From positions 1 through 42,749 of the forward strand of contig JYFJ02003375.1 of assembly GCA_000934665.2 (NCBI GenBank): a stretch of DNA of 42,749 bases, in the 5' to 3' direction. The stretch comes from Catajapyx aquilonaris. Taxonomy: Eukaryota. The notes under the pieces are model-generated. The model did no database searches. It was given only the letters and a program-made list of their open reading frames with translations, and had not been told where the DNA came from. This document shows positions 25,128 through 36,303 of the stretch, piece after piece. The stretch's first letter is position 1. Every line of letters starts with the position of its first letter. Position numbers and translations under genes: made by a program.

Positions 25128-27338
25128 TCAATCCTGGATGTTGAAGGACTTCCTGAGGTACTCCTCTCCGGTCAGCCGGGTCAGCGGGATCTTGCTGGCG
25201 AAGTAGGCCGCCTTCTCGTTGGCCACTGCAGCCAGCTGGTCGTTGATGGCCGGAAGAACCTCGGACACCAGCTCGCGGGCGTTGCCGTTGATGAAAGCTT
25301 CCGCCGCTTGCTCTGTTGCACAGAGGAAAACACAGGCTCATTAGAAATGAGAAATTAACATGGCAGACTATATAGTTAACCCCTTGCCAAAACTTGGCAA
25401 CACTGCCCCCCNCCCCCCCCAACTGTCCACATAGTACCAATAACCGATAAAAGCTGTCAAATTGACGCGGCCGTCCGGTTTGTTTTAATCCAACATGATG
25501 ACGAAAATGTGTCTATAGCAACAATGGAAGGCTTACTCAGGAGCGGATTGTCGTCGTAGAGATTGTTGAATTTGGCCGAGGCGTCCTCGAAGTCCAGGCC
25601 CAGCTTGGAGTATGGGGCGGTCAGGAAGTAGTCGTTCCCTTCCTTGCGCATGCCCATCTGGGTCGTGCCTTTGATCACAGCATTGTCTGGGGGGGGGAAA
25701 TGGTGCCGATCAGAACGATTCCACACTCTTTGAACATGTTTACTCGAATCCAACACGAATCAGTTCTATTCAACATGTGACGATAAAGATTGCCAGATTA
25801 ACAAAGAAACATAATAAGAGCAGCATGTATTTTAAAAGGGTTAAATAATGTGCATCCAGATAAACTACACTCCTGCCCACACCAGGGAGAATGTAAGAGG
25901 CGCAAACTTCTGTCGGCGCCTTTGATGTCCGAGTCTCTCTGTTTGGGGCCGTTGCCAAGGCTGGCGGCCATTTTGAAGTGTGGGGAACGCCAACGAGGTA
26001 TAAATAGGGTACTGGCAAAAATATGGTCCGCCATCTTTGATGGTTTTGGCGGCCATGGCAACTACACTGCAAGAACACGCGCGAATCAAAAATGGCGGAC
26101 CATATTTTTGCCTGTACCCTATTTATGTACCTCGTTGGCGTTGCCCCCACTTCAAAATGACCGCCAGCCTTCGCAACGCCCCAAACAGAGAGACGAGGAA
26201 TTCGAATGTTTGCGCATCTTATGTAGTACAGTATATGCTCCCTGCCCGCACTGTACTGACAAAAACAAAGAGTCACTTACTCATCTGAGCCCAGTATGTT
26301 CCTTGTCCTTGCATACCCACCAGCAGCAGCTTGGCGTCCAGCTTGTACTTTCCGCTAATGTGCATGTAGGGCACCAGCACCTCCCAATCCACCAGCTTAT
26401 TAGGGTAATCAATCCTGAAACAACAACCGCGCATTAGCACAACTGCTTGGTGATAGGTGTCTCATTTACGCCTCAATTACTAGAGTAACAGTACATTCAC
26501 ATTGTGTGTCAAAAATAATTTAAACATATCCTGGGGATATGCAACCATCAGAACGTTACTTTTCGAACATGATGTTTGCCCAAAACATTTTTTGAAATGT
26601 GCAACATGAGACTGAAATGAGTCAACTTTCTGCGACCATAATTAAAAACAATAACCTGAGTTTGGTAATCTGCAGCTCGTCCAGGCCCTTGAAGAGTGTG
26701 TTGTACAGCTCGGCGGTCAGGTAAGAGTTTTCGTCCCTATAGTCGCTGAAGCTCATGTAGTCAACGGTCACTTGAGCTCCGGGAGGAATGCCGAATTCCG
26801 GGATTCCTATAGGAATAATTTTAAAAATTAAATCTCAAACGGAAAACCTGACAAACGTCACAGGGAAATAAGGAAGATGGGAGAACCAGTATGTACACAC
26901 ATCAATAATTACCGGTGTTGCAATGTCCGTAGTGGTTATATTGTAGCATTGTTGTCAAAAGCTATTGCGATGAGTCAGTCATCGTCCCTATACTATATGA
27001 CCAGGGGTCAGTTGTTGCCAAAGGAATGTGCTACGTCACTTGAAGCTACGTCCAAGACATGTTTGTTCACGAGTTGAAGGAATGGAAACATGCAACACTG
27101 GGGAGAGTGTGGCCTTGAGAATTGGGGGCGAAGGGGGAAAGTGACCATGTGTGGCAACGCTGCACGAACGCTCCCCCACAACAGGGGTTTCAGAAGCGTT
27201 AGTCAACCATAGCAAAAGAAATAAAATTGTGAAGAAACTTGCCTTCTTCTAGGGCACTTCCTGCGCTATTGATAAGGTTCATTAGACATGGCTCCAGATC
27301 TTTCCTCTCCACCTTGCGACAGGTTTCAATGAAGTCAT
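25128..27338 (-). CDS. Takeout/JHBP family gene body B (exons 2-6 intact; no private first exon found)
   Basis: Exons 27338-27243 (GC donor), 26806-26656, 26414-26281, 25686-25537, 25312-25128. Sizes 96/151/134/150/185 match gene C. Open frame DDFIETCRKVERKDLEPC..GIPEFGIPP..NNLYDDNPLL..AFINGN..SFNIQD*. Confidence 0.85.
25883..26244. mobile_element. Fold-back MITE (P- or hAT-like termini) in intron of JHBP body B
   Basis: Arms of ~160 bp (25883-26041 and 26085-26244), termini cagggag..ctccctg, near-TSD cccacac / cccgcac. Confidence 0.8.
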
Positions 27339-27542
27339 CTGCGAACAAAAAAAGAGAGATTGTTGCATTATTCTGTGTAATCGCAAGATCTTTTTACCGC
27401 CATTTTAATTCTACCTAGTAAAAACATAAAATGGCTGCAAGAAAATGGCAATTTCAAAGGAAGGGGGGAAAAAATATAGCAAATAATTTATAGGTAAAAC
27501 TTTATTTCTGTTTCTGATGCTGCAATAAATATATGACTTTAA

Positions 27543-28071
27543 CAGCGCCTTCTGGTGTTAATCATCTTTAACATTACGATGTTTTTCGTTTGTTTTTCGC
27601 TTCCAATATGGCCGATAAATTATTTCAATCGACAACAGCGACCACTAGTGCTCCACCTCACAGTTATTGTAGACAGTAGATATTATTTTGTAACAGCGTG
27701 GATTACAAACATGGCGACTGAAATCGACAGCAGCGCCAATAATTCGGGGGAAATCTGCGATTTTTTAGTCTCGGGTTTCAAAATATGGCCGACAAATGCT
27801 ACAAAATAGCAGAGGCCTCTGGTGAGCATTATCAGGTGAAATTTCATTTCTTGTGAGTATATTACAGTACGCCCTTTTACAGAAGAGCCCCCTGGTGATA
27901 GTCTCTGTGAAATATCACGTTTCTTTACAATTCTGCTTGCAAGAAAAGATTTACAAACAATATCGCCAACTAGTGTACTGCAATTGAAGCACTGATTTTT
28001 TTTGTCGAACTTTGGCTTACACAATAATATGGCTGCCAAATCACTTTTTCTCACATTAACGCCATCTGGAC
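27543..28071 (-). promoter_or_regulatory. Array of co-oriented CTCF-like motifs interleaved with YY1/Pho-like motifs
   Basis: Plus-strand cores cagcgccttctggtg 27543, cagcgaccactagtg 27636, cagaggcctctggtg 27810, aagagccccctggtg 27883, tatcgccaactagtg 27961, taacgccatctggac 28057. AA(T/C)ATGGC motifs at ~27605, 27708, 27782, 28026. Confidence 0.6.
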
Positions 28072-28829
28072 TTATTGGCCTAAACTCAATGTTTCTTTCT
28101 TTGCCATGGCTTACAAAGACGGCCATGAGTGGCTTTATTGCAGAGATTTATTACAGGTCGCTGTGATGCATGCGCATGCTAGACGATGCACATGGCAGCT
28201 GGTTACATGAAAAACTTGTGTAACACAATCATGTAATAGAGATTATATCGTAATCTGTGGATGATAATTATGCTTGCATCATAATTATTCAACTTCATAA
28301 CAACTGTAGAAGCCTTACATAATTTTGATTGCAAATGTTGATAAATGTGATTCACGTGAGAAAACGTGCGACACCTTCCCATCAGGCACCTTATAGCAGT
28401 GTTTGATTGCTGCTAATTATTATTATCAGTGGTAGATGACTGGTAACGACTTTAATTAAATTCGAGTCAAAGCATGACAAAGGGTCTTTCTGGGAACATT
28501 GTCTCGGAAACCTAGTTGTTTATTACTCGCACTGAGGGAAGGTAGGTATACTGAGTCAAAATCGGGTAGACTCTGCGAGAATTTATTTTGTATAATAACA
28601 AAAAGGGTTGGTGTCAAAATTAATGCGCAATGATAATCATTACGTTATCGTCGGTACGACAGTAGAAATTATTTCAGTAACAGTCAACAATATTGGTGAT
28701 AATCTCTAACAACAGCGACATTATAAATTTTATTTTTAGTAACAATCATATTAGCGACTGCTTTCAGGTATCAGTCAACAGTAATTTTCAACAACTGACT
28801 AGACACGGCGGCGGTTTAATGTATCTGAC

Positions 28830-31800
28830 TTAATCATAGACATTGAAGGCCTTTCTGAGGAACTTCTCTCCGGTCAGCCTGGTGAGAGGAATCTTCCTGG
28901 AGAATCTCGTCGCCATTTCGGATCCCAGTGTTGACAATTTGTCGTTGATGACTGGCAGCACTTCGTCGATTAGTTCGCGAGCATTCTCGTTGATGAACGC
29001 GTTGGCAGCTTGCTCTACTCGGAAGGAAAAAGAAAATTATATAATAATAAAAAAATAGCAGAGATCTTTCTCATTATTCGATCCATTGTTATTGTGACTT
29101 ACGAAGGATGGCATTGTCGTTGTAGAGGTTGTTAAACTTTGCAGACGCCTCTTTGTAGTCAACTCCCAGCGTGGACTCGTGAGCTTTCAAGAAGTAATCA
29201 GACTCATGCTTCTCCAGGCCAATCCTGGTCACACCATTGAGATGAGCGTCAACTGCAACAATCCAAGCACTTAAGTCATGGATTCTGATCCAACATATCT
29301 CATTTGTTGACCAGAATCATATATCATGCAACATACTGTCCTGTAGCTAACAATAGCCACGATTGCAAAATTACGTAAATACAATTTACAAGTTCTGTTC
29401 AGCTCCATCTGGACGAACTAAACTCGACATCTTCAGTCACTGCAGTTACGACTTTATTTTTAGGACTCACTCATTTTTGCCCAGAATGTTCCGTCACCCT
29501 GAAGAGGTACAGTCAACAGTTTGGCGTCCAACTTGTACTTTCCATTGACTTGCAAGTGCGGTACCAGAAGAGACCACTCGACCAGATGAGTGTCGTAATC
29601 GACCCTGGAGGAAAATCCGAATATATGATATGATATACTCTCCAGTCTATATTATTATATTTTGTAATATAGAATTATTCCACTCTTTATATAGATTCAG
29701 AAAAGAGCTCGAGATACGTATGCCGATATTCCTGGTTTTTGGCAGGCTATGCATTACTCACTTTAGACTAGTTATTATGAGCTCGTCCAGACCCTTGATC
29801 GTCGAATCAAAAAACTCGGCATTGAAGTACGAGTTTTCGTTGTTGTAATCGGAGAATTTCATGTAATCAATGGTGATCTCGCCTGCTGCTGGGATGTCGA
29901 ATTCAGGAATGCCTAAAAAATTAATAAAACATAATTCGGTATTTGGCCCACAGCTAAAGGATACGGAAGATATCATTTAGGATGTTTCATAATAGCTCCG
30001 ACTAACTTCTATGATTATTTTTATGTGCAAGTGTCATTTTGTAGACTTACATTTTTGATGGCAAAGTAAGGACACTCTTAGTTTAAAGACTATTATATTT
30101 GTAACGAGATTGCGAAAATTCACCTCACATATAAACTGTTCCTCTAGTGGCCAGTATGTTTAAGTCATTATGAAACAACCTGTATAGCAACATTAGTGAC
30201 TTACCAACTTCCAGGGTACTTTGAGCTGAATTGATTAGATCCATGATGCAGGGCTCCACTTCCTCTCTCTCCACTGTTCGGCACGCCTCAATAAAGTCAT
30301 CTTTAAAAACAGTTACAATCCACGAAATGAGCTTTATGTCGAGCACTGCAGAGAGCACACAATGCACCATACTTTATATATATAGACTTTAGTACATTGA
30401 CCGCCAGCATGATGAAACCTTACTTTCGATATGCTGTCACAGAGTGGACGCGTGGGCTATATTTTAATCAAATCACTTACCATCCAAAACCTGTATAGTG
30501 TTGCATCACCCTGTGTTATAGTCCCCCACGAGTATTGCCTTCAAGGTTAAGTACCCCATTTGGACGTAAATCCTTTAGGTTGAAAAAACCTATGCACGTC
30601 ATTTTCAAAGTGATTAATATTAATTAGCTGGAAATGACATGTTGTTTGTCCTGTGAATTATTGAACAAACATTATTATTGCTTAAGCTGAAGCGGATGCC
30701 ATATTATACATTAGGCAGAGGTTTGGGATAAATGCTAAAACTCGTGGAATTTGGCAAATAATATTTAGCAATTTATTGTAGATTCTGTCTATATAAGTTG
30801 CACGAATTTTGTCGGCTGCCCACCTTCAGCATCTGCCCCCTATGCTCGATTTCCTGAGGTATTTCGCATCAACTCTATAAAAATTGAATATAATTTTTGC
30901 AGACTTATATAAGAGCCCTCACCTTGTATGCTATAATTTTGTTCTAGGAATCGACGGGATATATACCTTTAAAAAAAATACCAAGGATTTTTTTTTTTCT
31001 GACCAGAAAGTTCTTTGTTACCGTACACCTAATGAGTCATTGCCCAACTTTTCTTTAACATATGCTTCTTCGAACCTGAAATGGCGCCCTGGGCATCAGA
31101 CTTGCTTCGATGAATTATAATTAATTTGGTCTTTGTCAGAAGAAGAACTATATTTTGATGTTAATAACCCAGTTTCTCGCGAAAGTATGTTTTTTTGTCT
31201 AGCCTTCAGATAAAGACAGTATGAATAACTTGGTGCTAGATATAACTGACGCCAAGTATGCGAGAAACTGCAAGATATCCGCAGATATAATTACGAATAT
31301 CAGATGACTTTCGACGTAACTTAATATGACAAAAGGGAGCACTTCTGCTGAATTTGATCTTTGTGCGAAATTGAGACGAAAATTGGCAATTTTTTAAAGG
31401 ATTCTACACTCTAGACTTCTAGAGAGTCTAGACCAGTGCTTCCCAATTTCTTTCGTTGGCGACCCCAAAAAATCGTCTCGTAAAATTTGCGACCCTCTAT
31501 ATGTGCGCATTTCGATCCGCCAACATGAAAAGACAGGTAATCAGTGAAATGACCTTACCTTATGCTGGTCATGAACTCATGATTTTCAAGAAAGATAACA
31601 TCATTTTGTGAAAATAATTATTTTGTTGCCCTCCCTCGCGACCCCGAATATTATTTTCGCGAAGCACTGGTCTAGACGATTGTTACCACAATCGCTATTG
31701 AATATATTAATATTACATCCAATTGCACCTGAAATCTATATCCTAAATTATTTGCATAAATGAAACATATTACATGCAAAAAATAATGCGCACAATATTT

Positions 31801-34218
31801 ACAAGACGTTCGAGAAAAACAATGATTAGCGCGAATAAACAAAACATGCAAAGTTATTGCGACTAAGTCAGGTTAATCTTGAACATCTAAAAACAACTAA
31901 ATGTAATTAAACTCGCAAAGTACACTACAGGCAAGGCGATATCAATTATTTGGCATATTCTGCGCATATCTTGCAAGGTGTAATTAGTTAATTGCGGAGC
32001 AGCAGGAATTCGCATGCGAATCCGATTGCTAGGTTGTTTTATTATTCAAACACAGAACTTTTCAGGCTAGTACACCAATTTGCGAGATATTTCTATAATT
32101 TTTTCACATTCTTCCAAGAACTCGTCCTTGGAAGATTTCGCAATTATTTTTTGTTAATGGCGCAGAAGAGTACTGCTACACATGAAACCTGCTGGCCTCG
32201 CATGGATAGATGTTATTCTTGCCAATCAGACATCGATGTGACGTAACTTTATTTGCGCAATTATTGTTGATCATCCTGACATCCGTCATCAACTCATGCC
32301 ATCGGCAAAGGCACATGGACATTGGACAGTAGTTTCGCGTGCAGAAAAGTGCAGACGTTGACGGGGCACGGAAGCAGCCATTTAATGATGATAAGGAAGA
32401 CATTTGCGTCATGCAACATGTTTTTCGAAATCGGTGAAAAACCGGTTCTGGTTACTACTTACTAGTGTTTAATGTATATTCGTTGCTAATAGATTTATGG
32501 TCCCATTCGCGTGACGTGACGAAAAATTATTCGCGAGACATGACGTCACAATTTGTAACATTAAATGACTGACATTACTCTGCAGATTTTAGCACTCTCA
32601 CGACATTAATATGGAGGTTGATGTGACGGACATCATGACGTTTAAATATTATTGCATGTTTATATATTTTTTTAAAAATATTTCCATATTGACGTCAGGC
32701 CACAATAATTGGGCAGTCAACATGACATAACGAAACTAATTAAACAATTATCTGGCATGACGTCATATATTCATTCCAATAAATCAATACACTGTTGCTT
32801 GCTTTTAAATTTTTGTAGCAGTAGATCCTGTGTCATTTTATTCGCCAATTAAGCAGCCGTTAGTTAGAACTTAAATGCTAGCTCTTAGCTGTCAGTTAAA
32901 GAGGTTGGAGAAACCGAGCATCATTAATTTGTTCATATATTTCAATATTTCTCAACACTATATTTAACCATTGTCAGAAATGACCTTCACGTGTAGCCTA
33001 CATATAAGTTAACTATACTTTTAGTTACTCAAGGTTAACATTAATGGTTTTCCAGCTTACGTTGCTACTCAACCAGGGGAAATTAAAGGGTCAGTAATCC
33101 CCCTCCCCCTCACCCAAGACTGTAAAGGTCAAATCATGTCCAAGGCTGTTTCATATGTACAAAAAAAAAGGATGTAAGTAGTTATGTATGCAAATGTAGG
33201 CGGAAGCCTCTCAGGCATAAAACTGCATTTTTCCAGGAAACTAATTATAATTAAAAACCAGCGCAATTTAACATATTTGTGAAAAATCTCACCGTCCTCG
33301 TAAGACTCCCTTCCCGCCAGTTACGCAACCTTGAATTTTTGCGATTCGTTCAATGACCTTTTTTGCAAAGCAGGAAATCATCTCGAAACAAGCCAAAATT
33401 ACACGTTAGACATGCCAGAGTGTCCTTTTCAATAAAAAAATAATAGAATTATTGTTTGTCACCAAATTTCACAGAAGAAGACATGATATGGGAAATAAAA
33501 ATTATGTCCTTAAAACAAGTTAATAAGTTTTAAAAATTACAATAACAGACGTTTATCATAATCAATCATAATTATTATGATAAACGTCTAAAACTCATTA
33601 CCTTGTTTTAAGGACATAATTTTTATTTCCCATATTAATATCCCATATGTACTTATGCAATCCGTAATTGTTTTTCAAGAGCATGCAGGATCTCCTGATC
33701 TTTTCAACAATTATCTGCAGTTGCTTATAATTGCTGTAAAAGGCTGTCAAGTTTGCATGTCCACTTCCAAGTAAATAATGAGCAAGAATAAAACAGGATT
33801 TCGCATATGATCCGACATTTAACAATTACCTGTAAACATCTTTACATCCATACATTCAGTGGCCTACACATTCATACGTATACTTTCAATCACAGCATAT
33901 TCCCAAGATGGAGTTACCTTAGTGTAATATTAATATATTATATTTGAACGATCTTACAGTTAAATGTAGTGTAAAATATTTCAAAATTTAAACAATACTG
34001 TTTAATTGCCAGTATTTCCATTTTTGTTCCTTGCTTGCCTAACAATATATGTAATGGCATAATTAGCTCAAATTAAATTTTGGGAAAATAAATTGGACTG
34101 ATTGTGGTTCCTAATTTCTGATTGGTGTCTCACCAGCTTTGAGCAGCTTTGTCGGCTGCGCAGTGACGTTTAGGAGGAGGGTCCAGGCTGCGCAGACTGC
34201 CACTAGTAGTCTCATCAT
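28830..34218 (-). CDS. Takeout/JHBP family secreted protein, gene C (266 aa)
   Basis: Exons 34218-34134 (MMRLLVAVCAAWTLLLNVTAQP signal peptide, phase-1 donor GTGAGA), 30300-30205, 29912-29762, 29604-29471, 29252-29103, 29014-28830; total 801 nt, open frame. Minus-strand AATAAA at ~28729 and ~28582. Confidence 0.85.
31434..31669. mobile_element. hAT (Charlie/Buster-like) MITE
   Basis: Termini cagtgcttc / gaagcactg, perfect 8-bp TSD gtctagac at 31426-31433 and 31670-31677 (NTCTAGAN target), subterminal gcgaccc repeats. Confidence 0.85.
33486..33635. repeat. 150-bp AT-rich inverted repeat in intron 1 of JHBP gene C
   Basis: atatgggaaataaaaattatgtccttaaaacaag pairs with cttgttttaaggacataatttttatttcccatat; inner stem agacgtttatcataat / attatgataaacgtct. 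Confidence 0.85.
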
Positions 34219-36303
34219 GTTGACTTATTCTTCCTCTTGGTCCGATGGAGAGTTGTATTCCTCGACTTCCAATCCTGGAGTGATCTCTTCTCCTTTACTT
34301 CCTCTCCCTTTTAAGCAGCATCTCAGGGCCTTCAAGGTGATCTTCTCATGCTCCCTTCCCTCCCCCCCTCCCCCCCACCCCAGCCCGCCCCATTTGATAT
34401 TTTGCTTATTCACAAGCATTTCCCAGGCTCCACAGGCGGCAGGCAATGGACGATAAGTGCATGGATACACGTGATCTCGTGGAGGGAGAGCACATAGGTC
34501 CTTATGTAACGTGGGGAAAATATAATGTTAAAAGAAGCCAGAGCATGGAAAAACAGAGAGAAACAACTTTGCTTTTATGCTCCTTTTTTTTGCTAAGATA
34601 CCTTGCGAAATACAAATGATGAAAGAGAGTCTAATTAATTCAACTCGATTCCAACACATGAAAGACGGCCCATTACATCCCATAGACAAAAGCGCTATAG
34701 ACACCATCATCACCCATCATCATTTTCTCGAGAACTGGCTGGCGGTCAATTAGCTGCAGTCACTTTGTGTTGTATGTCCATTGCGTTTATGTCATCTGTA
34801 TGGCTTTGGGGTGACTGCACCAGTCCCGTCTGGCTTGTGGCCCTGCCAGGCACGGCACGTCGCATTGCTGATGATTTTAGTTAATTGCGAGCATAGCGAC
34901 CTTGGCCCTTATTATTATTATTATTATTATCTGAATTTGATACAATTCATACTAATAATTCCATCCATTATACTTTTCCGAACAGTGACCTACACTGTTC
35001 ATACACGTAACTTGACAAGTGATGAGTATGATGTGAGATGAAGTATATTGCATTCTCTCACCCTTAGAAACACGTAAAAGCTGGAAAGGTCATCAGTTTA
35101 TAATGACTAATTACATCTCTAGGAGTCACTCATTGCCTAGGGCAAATGCCCTCATTGCACTCTGAGACAGCGTGGTTTGATTAATGAGCGGAGTTCATGT
35201 AATTACATTCTGATTAAGTATTTTACGTACATGTATAATCAATGAAAATGATGCTGATAATTACTATGAAATTAATTTTGTGGTGTCTCATGCGTCCACA
35301 TAATGCATATAATCTGCTTGAATAGATTTAGGCAATTATTTAGCTACTTGTTTGAAATATATTTTTGCTATTTAGAAAACAAATTTATAACTTGTTCCCG
35401 AACCATCTTAACATCAAGTAAGCCAACAAGCCAACAGTAACAATATATTCCATTTGGCTAATAACACTGCCACTGTGTGTTGCCAGCCATTATAGAAGAT
35501 AATATATAATTATTCATGCGTCGTTTATGCAATGCAATCTTTACTTATGCATCAGGGTATGAATTATCTGTGGATTAAGATCTATATGACGTCTTCTCAT
35601 GTACGAAAGTCTCACAGCCTGTCATTGAAAATGCAAATGGCTCTTCACTCAGAACATTTAATATTAATGTGCGCTACGCCAATCCTCACATTCATGTTAC
35701 AAGTTCGTTGAGCCAGTTTCACATATCCCAAACCTTGAGCTGGTGAATCACATGCAAAGGTGATGGCGGTGGGAGGAGCGGGAGGAATGACTAATTCACT
35801 TCACAATCGCACTTAATCACTAACAGCAAAAAATATGCATTATATTCCTAGTGGAGGTAGGTAATACGAAGCAACAAAAAAGAAGCAATGGCTATAAACT
35901 TTACGCAACATTAGAATCCTTCATTGCAAATATCCCTTACAGCTATATCTGGCTATAAATAATGACACATCTCGACTATGGTAATCTTCTTCTTCAATAT
36001 ATCCCAGAACAAAAACCGATAGTAAATTCTGCGCAGAATTCTGAAACTAATTTTAATCCAGATCCACACCATATCTTAGCACGCTGCCATGATTTGTAAG
36101 TGAATCTTACTTCACACGTCCCTGAAAACTTCTCAGAGAAAAAGAGTTCATGCTGGTAGATTCTGGTCAAAGTCATATTTATTTTTCAAGGTGACAAAAA
36201 GCATCAAAACTAATCTCCAGTAAACTCCAGCTTATAAATAAATAGACCAGGTCATGTGTAGTAGGAGAACGCAATTTTTTTCGTCTTTCTTCGCCAAAGG
36301 ACT

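Noticed and set aside
25770..26437. Overlapping 74-195 aa ORFs
   Set aside because: They are by-products of the palindromic MITE and of the antisense strand of a JHBP exon.
27543..28071. CRISPR-like repeat-spacer array
   Set aside because: Repeats are short and degenerate, spacing varies, the context is eukaryotic and there are no cas genes.
27683..28126. 147-aa minus-strand ORF as the first exon of JHBP body B
   Set aside because: No signal peptide, no resemblance to the leaders of A or C, and it runs through the motif array.
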